Origin: Candidatus Bathyarchaeota archaeon
Lineage (GTDB): Archaea > Thermoproteota > Bathyarchaeia > 40CM-2-53-6 > DTDX01
DNA length: 64,000 nt
Reading direction: 5' to 3'
NCBI GenBank assembly: GCA_018396775.1
Contig: JAGTRF010000007.1
Span: 22,179-86,178 of the forward strand
Shown: piece by piece, positions 39,323 to 47,699 of the stretch
How the letters are laid out: every line of letters begins with the position of its first letter
Numbering within the stretch: position 1 is the first letter of the stretch
Made by a program: the position numbers and the translations under genes
Notes under the pieces: model-generated
Told to the model about the DNA's origin: nothing
Databases searched by the model: none
Seen by the model: the letters and a program-made list of their open reading frames with translations, nothing else

Positions 39323-39787
39323 TTAAAAAGGCATTTTATCCATTGGCCTTAAATTTATAAATGCTTGAGAAACGCTTCTTTTTGTAGGTTTTAACGTAAT
39401 TATGAATTTGCACCATTCATGCCCTGCAGCTTTACATTCAACTTCAAATGCGACAAAATCTTTTTGCAACATAGCTTTTAATGCACCTGCTATGTAACCT
39501 GCATCAAACCAGCAGTGAAGCTCTCCATTTTTTTCAGCTTCACTGCATGTAGCGCAATTGTAAACTTTCACTATAAGAAACTTTGAGTTTGCCCCATCAA
39601 CTTTTACCATCCCTATAGATTGTGAAGCATAAGCCTCAGATATTTTTTCTAAAGCTGCTTTAAAGCTTCTTAATGATGTGCCTGCGAAATCTTTTAAAGC
39701 TAGTTTTTCACCAGCATAATATAAAACCTCTTTTTTATTAAGCTTTAGAACAGCTTCGCTAATTGATGCTATTCGCCTTGAATACAC
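39323..39787 (-). CDS. V4R (4-vinyl reductase-type) domain protein
   Basis: 154 aa. CWFDAGYIAGALKAMLQKDFVAFEVECKAAGHEWCKFII matches the V4R C-terminal signature (C..aGyiaG......v.E.eC.a.Gd..C.F.i). GTG start with no nearby SD, so the start is uncertain. Confidence 0.75.
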   Translation of the reverse strand: MYSRRIASISEAVLKLNKKEVLYYAGEKLALKDFAGTSLRSFKAALEKISEAYASQSIGMVKVDGANSKFLIVKVYNCATCSEAEKNGELHCWFDAGYIAGALKAMLQKDFVAFEVECKAAGHEWCKFIITLKPTKRSVSQAFINLRPMDKMPF

Positions 39788-39820
39788 GTTTACTTCATTT
39801 ATTATTGTTTTAGATAAGTT

Positions 39821-39842
39821 TCTTCACCTCCTATGACTTTTT
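39821..39842 (-). repeat. copy B of a 22-nt direct repeat AAAAAG[C/T]CATAGGAGGTGAAGA
   Basis: Copy B lies between the repeat-peptide ORF and the V4R gene. The 15-mer CATAGGAGGTGAAGA is identical in both copies. Confidence 0.9.
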
Positions 39843-39859
39843 TAAATTTCAGTTATTAT

Positions 39860-39937
39860 TTAAAATGGCATTCCATCTCTAAATGGCATGCCATCTCTGA
39901 ATGGCATTCCATCACGAACTTTGATTTTCTTCACCAT
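39860..39937 (-). CDS. 25-aa ORF: MVKKIKV-(RDGMPF)x3
   Basis: My translation; the ORF is below the track cut-off. The ATG at 39937 is preceded by GGAGGTGA with an 8-nt spacer; the TAA is at 39862-39860. The three 18-nt units differ only at synonymous positions (CGT/AGA, GGA/GGC, TTC/TTT). Confidence 0.5.
   Translation of the reverse strand: MVKKIKVRDGMPFRDGMPFRDGMPF
39863..39916 (-). repeat. 3 x 18-nt tandem repeat (coding RDGMPF)
   Basis: Minus strand: cgtgatggaatgccattc / agagatggcatgccattt / agagatggaatgccattt. Confidence 0.95.
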
Positions 39938-39942
39938 TACCC

Positions 39943-39964
39943 TCTTCACCTCCTATGGCTTTTT
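39943..39964 (-). repeat. copy A of a 22-nt direct repeat AAAAAG[C/T]CATAGGAGGTGAAGA
   Basis: Copy A lies upstream of the repeat-peptide ORF and supplies its SD-like GGAGGTGA. It is preceded by the TATA-like TTTATTAAAAA. Confidence 0.9.
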
Positions 39965-40259
39965 AATAAATCTCCTTGAAAACTAGGTTGTTGTTAGCTT
40001 TTCTACTTGAATTTTTCTAAAGAACAAATTTTGAATCCATTTTCACGATATTTTTCAAAAAATAATGTAAATTAATCGTTTTTCGAAAAAATAAAATTAA
40101 AATAACAAAAAAAGAATTATTTAATTTTAATAAACAACTTTTCTAAAAAAACTTAAGTTTAAAGATTTCAACTAAAAATCAAATTTTTTTATCTTTTTTA
40201 AACTGGTTACTAGAAACCTTTAAATCAACAAGAATTCTTATTCATCGTTTAAACTTTAC

Positions 40260-41123
40260 TTGAGGCTCATAAAGTTGGTTGAAAAATACGTTGAATTGAT
40301 GGAAAAGCTTAAGAAACAAGAAGAAACACTTAAGTTAAGAATGAAAAAAGTAAAGCATAAAGTTGCAGTTATAAGCGGTAAAGGAGGCGTTGGAAAAAGC
40401 GTTGTTACAGCTAACATCGCTTTAATATTCGCTAAAAAAGGATATAAAGTTGGAATTTTAGATGCTGATTTACATGGCCCCTCTATCCCAAAAATTCTTG
40501 GAGTAAGAGGTAATAAACTTGAGGCTAACTCTTCAGGGATTCTTCCCGTATTTGGTCCATTAAACGTGAAAATTGTATCAATAGATTTTCTTTTACCTAA
40601 AGATGAAACTCCTGTAATTTGGCGTGGACCATTAAAAATGAATGCTATTAGACAGTTTTTATCTGAAGTTGTTTGGGGTGAGTTAGATGTGTTATTTATG
40701 GATTTACCTCCTGGAACAGGAGATGAACCTCTAAGCGTAATAAAGCTTCTTCCCGAAATGGATGGAGTAATAGTGGTAACTATTCCATCTGAAGTTTCCC
40801 AGTTAATTGTTAAAAAATCAATAGAATTCACTAAAGAATTAAATATTCCAGTAATAGGCGTAATTGAAAATATGAGTGGATTCACATGCCCTAACTGCGG
40901 TTTTCAAATAGATTTATTTAAATCTGGTGGTGGAGAAAAAATAGCTAAAGAATTAAATGTCCCGTTTTTAGGTAAAATACCGTTAGATATTGAAGTAACT
41001 CAAAGCTCAGATGAAGGGCAACCGCTTATAATGAAAAATTTAAATTCTAAAGCTTTAAAAAGCCTTATTAATATAGCTAATAAAATAGAAGATTTTCTTA
41101 AAGAGAAGCCAAATGTTTCTTAA
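40260..41123 (+). CDS. Mrp/NBP35/ApbC-family P-loop ATPase (Fe-S cluster carrier)
   Basis: 287 aa from a TTG start; later ATG starts are possible. Deviant Walker A VISGKGGVGKS, DLPPGTGDE and CPNCG (CxxC) motifs. Confidence 0.85.
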   Translation: MRLIKLVEKYVELMEKLKKQEETLKLRMKKVKHKVAVISGKGGVGKSVVTANIALIFAKKGYKVGILDADLHGPSIPKILGVRGNKLEANSSGILPVFGPLNVKIVSIDFLLPKDETPVIWRGPLKMNAIRQFLSEVVWGELDVLFMDLPPGTGDEPLSVIKLLPEMDGVIVVTIPSEVSQLIVKKSIEFTKELNIPVIGVIENMSGFTCPNCGFQIDLFKSGGGEKIAKELNVPFLGKIPLDIEVTQSSDEGQPLIMKNLNSKALKSLINIANKIEDFLKEKPNVS

Positions 41124-42579
41124 AGATTTTACATGCTCTAATTGCGGTGAAAAATACTTAATTAGAGATAAGCATTTAAAAACTTGTTTAAAATGTGGAG
41201 AGATTCTTTTAGCAAACTATAATATTGAAGAGATTCAAGAAAAATTAAGCAGAGAAGAATTAAACAAAAGAAGGCTTGGCGTATGGAAGTATCAAGAGCT
41301 TTTACCCCCAATAAAAGAAAATAATATTGTTTCTCTTGGAGAAGGAGGAACCTTTCTTCATAAATGCGAAAAACTTGCTGAAAAACTTGGCTTAAAGCTT
41401 CTTTATGTAAAAAATGAAACAACCAATCCTACAGGTTCATTTCTAGATAGAGGCTCTACTATTGAAGTTTCTAGAGCAGTTGAATTAAATGTTAACTCTG
41501 TTTATTGCGCTACTTCTTCAGGAAACTTTGCAGCTTCAATAGCGGCTTATGCTGCAAGAGGAGGCTTAAAATGCGATATTTTTATACCTTTAGAAAGAAT
41601 TAAAGAGTTGAATTTAGGAAAGCTTTATCAAGCAATAGCTTATGGCGCAAACCTAATAATAAAAAATAACCGGATTCATGAAAGCGAGTTAAATAACCTA
41701 AGCTATTCTATCTCTCCAATTGATCCATTTTTCGCTGAAGGAGAAAAAACCACCGCATATGAGTTATGCGAGCAATTAAATTGGATTCTTCCAAATAAAA
41801 TAGTTGTTCCTATGGGTCATGGTGAACATTTATCTATGATTTGGAAAGGAATAAACGAGTTCTTCACTTTAGGGTTAATAAAATCTATTGATGTAAACAT
41901 GACTGGCGTTCAAGCAGCTGAGTTTGCGCCTATAGTTAACGAACTTCAAGGAAAAAAAGCTAAGATTCAAACTCCTAAAACTATAGCTTTAGATTTAGTT
42001 ATGGAGAATCCTCTTTACGCTAAGCTAGCTTTAAAATCTATAAAAGAATCTAAAGGTATGGCTGTTAAAGTTTCTGATGATGAAATATTTAAAGCTATGG
42101 AAATGCTTGCAAAAATGGAGGGAGTATTCGCTGAACCTTCAGCTGCTTCAACAATAGCTTGTGTAAAAAAACTTTTAGATGAAGGAAAAATAGATAGAAG
42201 CGAAACTGTTGTATGCATAATAACCGGCGCTGGTCTTAAGGATCCAGCTTCAGCAAGAAAATTCGCTGAAAAAATAAGGAAAATTAATAGAATAATTGCT
42301 GGATTAGAATCGAAACGATTTACTAAAAAGCTTGGGGAAACAAAACTTAAACTTTTAAAAATTCTTTTAAATGAATCATATGGATATGAAATTTGGAAAG
42401 CGTTAAAAAATATAGGTGTAAACTTAGATATTTCAAGCATTTACCAGCATTTAGCTGAGCTTGAAGCTATGGGTTTAATAAAAAGAACTAAAGCTGAAAG
42501 AGTTTTAGGTAAACCTGCAAGATTCTATTATTCATTAACTAGTAAAGGGGAAGAACTATTAAGAAAAGCTGAATTTTAA
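41113..42579 (+). CDS. threonine-synthase-like protein lacking the PLP lysine, with N-terminal zinc ribbon and C-terminal PadR-like winged helix
   Basis: 488 aa. CSNCG...CLKCG ribbon. ThrC blocks NETTNPTGSFLDRG (Leu111, cta at 41443-41445, where the family has SFKDRG), TSSGNFAAS, AEPSAAST and ITGAGLKDP. C-terminal YGYEIWKAL...IYQHLAELEAMGLIKR...RFYYSLTSKGEELL. 11-nt overlap with the Mrp gene. Confidence 0.8.
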   Translation: MFLKDFTCSNCGEKYLIRDKHLKTCLKCGEILLANYNIEEIQEKLSREELNKRRLGVWKYQELLPPIKENNIVSLGEGGTFLHKCEKLAEKLGLKLLYVKNETTNPTGSFLDRGSTIEVSRAVELNVNSVYCATSSGNFAASIAAYAARGGLKCDIFIPLERIKELNLGKLYQAIAYGANLIIKNNRIHESELNNLSYSISPIDPFFAEGEKTTAYELCEQLNWILPNKIVVPMGHGEHLSMIWKGINEFFTLGLIKSIDVNMTGVQAAEFAPIVNELQGKKAKIQTPKTIALDLVMENPLYAKLALKSIKESKGMAVKVSDDEIFKAMEMLAKMEGVFAEPSAASTIACVKKLLDEGKIDRSETVVCIITGAGLKDPASARKFAEKIRKINRIIAGLESKRFTKKLGETKLKLLKILLNESYGYEIWKALKNIGVNLDISSIYQHLAELEAMGLIKRTKAERVLGKPARFYYSLTSKGEELLRKAEF

Positions 42580-42582
42580 TTT

Positions 42583-44922
42583 TTAAATGCTTATTGTTGC
42601 TTGAGAAGCTCCATCTTTTCCTCTTTCAACTTTAATTATGTTCGCCGCTTCTTCTTCACCTAACCCATAATGCGTAACAAGTATTACTTGAGAAACTTTT
42701 TTAGCTGCTTCAGCCATATGACTAAGCAATTGCGGAATATTATCTGAATCAACACCATAAGTTGGCTCATCTAAAATTAATAATGTTCCCCCTCCTAAAA
42801 TTTTAAGCATAGCAAGCCTCAATGATAAAGCTATAAGCGTTTGATGCCCTCCCCCAACTCTTACAGCTGGGATATATTCATCTAAATCAATTGGTTGAAC
42901 TTCAACAAGGTAGTTTTCAGGGTTAATTTTAAATGCTTTATAAACATGTTGATCTGTTAAAGAGTTATAAATTTTTAAAGCTTCATAACTTATATCTTTA
43001 AGCTTCACTTTTCTAATATCTTCAATTCCCCTCTTTAACTCTTCAATAAATTTCTCTATCACAATTGTTTTTTCTAATCTATTTTTTAAAATCTCAAGTT
43101 TTTTTTGAAGCTCTTCCTCTTCCTCTTTAAGCTTTTTAAGCTCATTATCTAAAGCCTTCAATTTCTCATTTTTATTTTTAAATTGATATCGTAAATCTTC
43201 AAGTTCATTAAGGTTTAATGGAAGCTTTTCAGCAATTTTAACTTTTAACTCTTCATCTTCAGGTTTAAATGGAAGCATTAGCTTATTAAGAAGAAAAGCT
43301 ATGTTTGTTAAGCATTCTTGAGTTTTCCTTAATTTTTCTTCAATTTTATTAAAAAGATTTTTTACATTTTCTAACGTACTCTTCATATTTAACAGTTTAT
43401 TTTTAGCTTCATTAAATTCAGTATTCAACTTTTCAATTTTTTGTTTAACTTCTTGATGCTGTTGTTCAAGCTTGAGATACGCTTCTTCAAGCTCTTCTAA
43501 CGTTAATTCACCTAAAGCATCTTTTATTAAAGAATATACACCTGTTAAAGTTTCTAATTCATTATCAATCTTAGCAATCTCACTCTTTAGCTTATCTATA
43601 TTATTTTTTTCCTCTTCATAAAGCTTTAATACATCTGCAATTTTTTGTTTAAATTTTTTTTCGCTTTCTTCCTTCTCTAAAATTATTTTTTTTAAGGCTT
43701 CAATTGTTATTTTTTGACCGCAAGTCGGGCAATTAAATCTATTTTCTTCTAAAAGTTTTTTATGCGCTTTTAACTCTTCTTCAATCGTTAAAAGCTTGCC
43801 TTCAAGTTTATTTTTTTCCCCTTCAATTTTTTTAAACTTCTCTTCAATTGAAGTTAAAGCTTCATTAAGCTTATTAAATTCTTCACGCTTTTGATTAATT
43901 AAATCTTTAAGCATGGTTAAGCTTAACGCGTTAACAGATTTTAAAAGCTCTTTAACTTTTATTGCTTTGTTTTTATAACTTTCTTTTCTTTCTTCAATTT
44001 TTTTTAATTCTTCATCTGCTTTCTCCAGCTTCTTTTTAAGCTCATCAACTTTAACTTCATTTTCATTAATTAAACTTTTAAGCTCAATAATGTCATATAC
44101 ATTCCATTGGTTAAGTAAAGCTTTAGCAATAGCCTCCTCTTCTCTACATTTTTTTAAAAAAACATCTCTATCATTTATATTTCTTAAAAGATTAATTAAT
44201 TCAGGTGATTCTGCCCTCTTAATTTTTTCTTGCAACTCTTCAACCTCAAACCTTAAAACTTCAATTTGCTCTTCTAAATTTTTAATTTGCTCTTTAACCT
44301 TAGGAAGAAGCGCATCACTTATGTTTTTAAATTCTGTTTCAACATCTTTCTCTTCATATTTTTCTAATTCTTTTTTAACCAAGTTAAGCTGCTCTAAAAG
44401 CTCTTTAAGAGTTGTTATTCCTAAAATAGAATCCATTTCATCTTTATTAGGTTTAAGAATTTTGGTTAATTCACCTTGCCTTACATATGCTAAATTAAGA
44501 AATCTCTTCATAGTTAACCCTAAAAGCTCAGTTATTTTTCTTCTTAACTCTTCCTCCCCAGACACATGGATTTCTTTCCCATTTACTAAAAGAATTAAAC
44601 GCTCAGTTTGATAACCTTCTTTACCGCGTTTTAAGCATAGCTTCCCCCATCTTTTAACTTCTACAACCTGCCATGTTTTAGGCGAGTTAAACTTTAAGCT
44701 TAAATAAAGATTTCTAGATGCTCCTTGAAGCCTTGTAACTAAGAGCCTTTTATCTACATCTGGAATTTCCCCATATAAAGCGAAAAATATAGCTTCTAAA
44801 ATAGTTGTTTTCCCTGTAGAATTTCTTCCAGTTATAAGGTTTAAACCTGATGTAAAAGTTATTTCAGCTTTTTTATATCCTTCAAATCCTTGAATCTCCA
44901 GCTGCTCAATAATCCCCTTCAA
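42583..44922 (-). CDS. rad50: Rad50 DNA double-strand-break repair ATPase
   Basis: 779 aa. Walker A GRNSTGKTT, a long K/E-rich coiled coil with the CPTCGQ zinc hook, signature-like GGGHQTLIALSLRLA, and Walker B LLILDEPT. Confidence 0.9.
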   Translation of the reverse strand: MKGIIEQLEIQGFEGYKKAEITFTSGLNLITGRNSTGKTTILEAIFFALYGEIPDVDKRLLVTRLQGASRNLYLSLKFNSPKTWQVVEVKRWGKLCLKRGKEGYQTERLILLVNGKEIHVSGEEELRRKITELLGLTMKRFLNLAYVRQGELTKILKPNKDEMDSILGITTLKELLEQLNLVKKELEKYEEKDVETEFKNISDALLPKVKEQIKNLEEQIEVLRFEVEELQEKIKRAESPELINLLRNINDRDVFLKKCREEEAIAKALLNQWNVYDIIELKSLINENEVKVDELKKKLEKADEELKKIEERKESYKNKAIKVKELLKSVNALSLTMLKDLINQKREEFNKLNEALTSIEEKFKKIEGEKNKLEGKLLTIEEELKAHKKLLEENRFNCPTCGQKITIEALKKIILEKEESEKKFKQKIADVLKLYEEEKNNIDKLKSEIAKIDNELETLTGVYSLIKDALGELTLEELEEAYLKLEQQHQEVKQKIEKLNTEFNEAKNKLLNMKSTLENVKNLFNKIEEKLRKTQECLTNIAFLLNKLMLPFKPEDEELKVKIAEKLPLNLNELEDLRYQFKNKNEKLKALDNELKKLKEEEEELQKKLEILKNRLEKTIVIEKFIEELKRGIEDIRKVKLKDISYEALKIYNSLTDQHVYKAFKINPENYLVEVQPIDLDEYIPAVRVGGGHQTLIALSLRLAMLKILGGGTLLILDEPTYGVDSDNIPQLLSHMAEAAKKVSQVILVTHYGLGEEEAANIIKVERGKDGASQATISI

Positions 44923-46172
44923 TCTTTAACCCCTAAGATTTCAAGCCATTTTTTAACAAATCTTCTTCGATCTAAATCTTTTAAAAGCCCAGATCTTTGG
45001 CTTCCAGCTTCCTCTAAACGTGCATCAACTTCTTCAGTAAGGTTTAAAGCTTCATTTAAAGCTTCCAACCCTAAAGGCTCAAATAAACCTTTAAGAAACT
45101 CTTCTCGAGTTGTTGTAGAGGATATTTGAAGCGGTTTAGTTAATTCTTCAACTTGATTTTCAAGCTCTAAATGAATAATTGATTCATGTTTAGAAAGTTT
45201 TTCTTTAAATTTGGCTTCCAACTCATATTTATCTTCGTTTACAATACCTTTTAACATAATTCTTAATATTCCTTTCTTACGCGCTTTCTCCAGCTTTTTT
45301 ACATAATTTTTAAATTCTATTAAAGCTTGATTTAAAAACCAATCTAAATTTTTTACAGCTTTCCCCCCGTCTATCTTAACAGTTTCCACAAAATAGGTTG
45401 GTTCAATAGCTTTAAATTTAAGATTCACTATATTATTAGTTAATTCTAAAATATATATACCATGAGGATCCTTTTCAGCTAAATCATAATATTCCGTGCT
45501 TCCAGGCGTTAAAAAAGTTAATTCCTCAAACTCTTCATCTTTTTTAGCATGATTATGCCCAGAAATAATAATGCTTGCCTCTAGATTTTTTAATTCTTTA
45601 ATTGAGATTTTTTGATGCTCTGGTACTCCAAACGGTAAATCATGATGCCCATCAATAAACGTGTGAAGAAGAAGAATTTTACAAGAAGCTTTTGAAGCTT
45701 TTAAAGCTTTTTTAATATTTTCTTGCACGCTTTTAAACTTGTATGCCACATAAGGTGTATAACCCATTCCTACTAAAGCGAAATTTGTTTCTTCATAAAA
45801 TTCAATTTTGCCTTCTAAAGTTTCTTCTCCAATAAGCTTAAAGTACTTAGCTAACGGATGCTCAATATAATTTAAAGCGTTATTTACAATTGTGCCATCA
45901 TGATTCCCACGTAAAACAAATATTTTTATTTCTTTGCTTAAATTATCTATAAGCCTTTGAAATTCGTTTTTAACAAATATAGAATCGCTGGGGGTCATGC
46001 TTTCTCTTTCAAAAACATCGCCACAATGAATTACATAGTCAACTTTCTCTTGAATAAACATGTTTATTGCTTGGGTAAAAGCATTTTTGAAAGCTTCTCT
46101 TCTTAACTCACCTATAGCCTTAGGAACGCTTCTTCCAATATGTGTATCACTGAAAACGCCTATTTTCACCAT
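44919..46172 (-). CDS. mre11: Mre11 nuclease
   Basis: 417 aa. Calcineurin-like phosphoesterase motifs SDTHIG, GDVFE, GNHD and SGHNH. 4-nt overlap with rad50. Confidence 0.9.
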   Translation of the reverse strand: MVKIGVFSDTHIGRSVPKAIGELRREAFKNAFTQAINMFIQEKVDYVIHCGDVFERESMTPSDSIFVKNEFQRLIDNLSKEIKIFVLRGNHDGTIVNNALNYIEHPLAKYFKLIGEETLEGKIEFYEETNFALVGMGYTPYVAYKFKSVQENIKKALKASKASCKILLLHTFIDGHHDLPFGVPEHQKISIKELKNLEASIIISGHNHAKKDEEFEELTFLTPGSTEYYDLAEKDPHGIYILELTNNIVNLKFKAIEPTYFVETVKIDGGKAVKNLDWFLNQALIEFKNYVKKLEKARKKGILRIMLKGIVNEDKYELEAKFKEKLSKHESIIHLELENQVEELTKPLQISSTTTREEFLKGLFEPLGLEALNEALNLTEEVDARLEEAGSQRSGLLKDLDRRRFVKKWLEILGVKD

Positions 46173-47698
46173 CTCTCTCTTTCCCTCTTCTTAATCTCGT
46201 TAATAATTTTATTTTGAATTTCTAAAAGGTTTGGGGTTGCACCAAAATGTATAGTTTTTCTTTTTTGAGTTTTTATAACAGCTGGAATTGGAACATATGG
46301 TCCAACTAATACGGCTTCACCTTGATTTAAAGCAGGTAAATCTTCCACCAATCTGTGGCTAAAGCTTTCGCTTGCAGATTCTATAATGCTTTGATCTTGA
46401 TTATTTGTTATTCTTAAAACAGCGTAATTCCCTACATTAGCCATAATTTCAGGGCTTATGCTTCTTGGACGCTGGCTTATTAAACAAAGATATAAACCAA
46501 ATTTAGCGCCCTCCCTTATAGCTGTTGATAAAGCTTTTACAGCGTAACGACTTGACTCTTTAGAAGCAACTCTATGAGCTTCTTCTATAAAAAGGAATGT
46601 TGGAGGCGCTTTTAAGGGCTCTTTCCCAAAATATTTAACTTGATTGTTAAAAATTAAATCAACAATTATTGCTGTATAAGCATCTTGAACTTTAGATCTT
46701 AACCCTCTTAAACATATTATGCTTAATGTTTTTGGTTGAAGAAGCTCTTGAAGACTTAAGCCTTCAGCTGGGAGCTTAACATCTCTTTCAGCATCCTTTA
46801 TTCTAGCATATAAAGATTTAAATCTTCTTCTATCCTCAGCTTCACTATCTTCTCTTTCGCTTTTTTCTTTCACTTTATCCATTAAATCACCAAACCCGAA
46901 AGGTTTACCTGATTCTTTAAGCTCCTCAAGAATTTCTCTTAAAGCCGCTTCTTGCAACTCTCCTATTCTACCAAGCATATCCATGAAAGCTTCATTTTCA
47001 ACTTGATTTAAGCTTATTTTAAGTTCTTTAACTTCCGCTGTAACCCCTGGGACTTCAGGTGCTCCAGGTGGATAATAAAGAGTTACATTAAAGTCATTAT
47101 GTTTTTGATTTGTTTCCGCAAATCTGTCCATCATTACATAATCTCCATGCACATCAATAACTATGGTTGGAAAATAAGTTTTTGTTAAAATCTCCTCAAT
47201 TAAAACCCCTGCTAAATACGATTTTCCCCCTCTAGTTTGAGCGAAAACTCCTAGATGAAAACTTAAATCCTGAAGGAAAACAGGAACTTTAACGCTTGAT
47301 CTATGAAGAAGAGTTCCAATAAAAATTGGAATTCTTTTTTCATCACATGAATAAAACTTTTGAAGCTCATCATCTGAAGCTTTATAAACAATTGTATTTG
47401 GTTTTGGAGCTATTTTAGGTTTTGATATTTTTCCATCCTCATCCAAATAACCTAAAACTTCAACTGTAGCAATTTCATAGCTGTAAACATCGCTTATAAA
47501 TGCTTCTCCAGCAGGTTTTTCTAAAGCTAAAGGATTTTTAGAACCAACATTTACAACTTCAGCTAAAACCTTTTTTCTTTCACCCACTTCAACTACAACA
47601 TATTCATGAAGGGGCATCGTTAAACCCTTCTCAACTTTAAAACTGAATTGAAGAGGTGTAGCTCCGTCAAGAACAAAACCCACGTTTTCTCTAGTCAT
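46166..47698 (-). CDS. herA: HerA hexameric DNA helicase/translocase
   Basis: 510 aa. HAS-barrel-like N-terminus, Walker A FAQTRGGKSY, Walker B FLFIEEAH. Operon context with nurA, mre11 and rad50. Confidence 0.85.
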   Translation of the reverse strand: MTRENVGFVLDGATPLQFSFKVEKGLTMPLHEYVVVEVGERKKVLAEVVNVGSKNPLALEKPAGEAFISDVYSYEIATVEVLGYLDEDGKISKPKIAPKPNTIVYKASDDELQKFYSCDEKRIPIFIGTLLHRSSVKVPVFLQDLSFHLGVFAQTRGGKSYLAGVLIEEILTKTYFPTIVIDVHGDYVMMDRFAETNQKHNDFNVTLYYPPGAPEVPGVTAEVKELKISLNQVENEAFMDMLGRIGELQEAALREILEELKESGKPFGFGDLMDKVKEKSEREDSEAEDRRRFKSLYARIKDAERDVKLPAEGLSLQELLQPKTLSIICLRGLRSKVQDAYTAIIVDLIFNNQVKYFGKEPLKAPPTFLFIEEAHRVASKESSRYAVKALSTAIREGAKFGLYLCLISQRPRSISPEIMANVGNYAVLRITNNQDQSIIESASESFSHRLVEDLPALNQGEAVLVGPYVPIPAVIKTQKRKTIHFGATPNLLEIQNKIINEIKKRERERW

Positions 47699-47699
47699 T

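Noticed and set aside
39863-39916. Tandem 18-nt repeats considered as a mini-CRISPR or satellite
   Set aside because: The units are contiguous with no spacers, there are only three copies, no cas genes are present, and the repeat is in frame within an SD-led ORF. It is treated instead as a coding repeat.
40256-40885. 209-aa ORF on the minus strand
   Set aside because: It is entirely antisense to the Mrp/NBP35 gene, whose P-loop and CxxC motifs are unambiguous. Its translation is low-complexity S/T/I/P/F with no motif or SD, a typical shadow ORF in AT-rich DNA.
42900-44400. Apparent repetitiveness (aaag/gaag-rich, K/E codons) within rad50
   Set aside because: This is compositional periodicity of a coiled-coil coding region, not a DNA repeat family or mobile element.
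44090-44611. 173-aa ORF on the plus strand (and 44890-45129, 79 aa)
   Set aside because: Both are antisense to the Rad50 coiled coil and Mre11. Their Ser/Leu/Phe-rich translations are the mirror of the K/E-rich coiled-coil codons.
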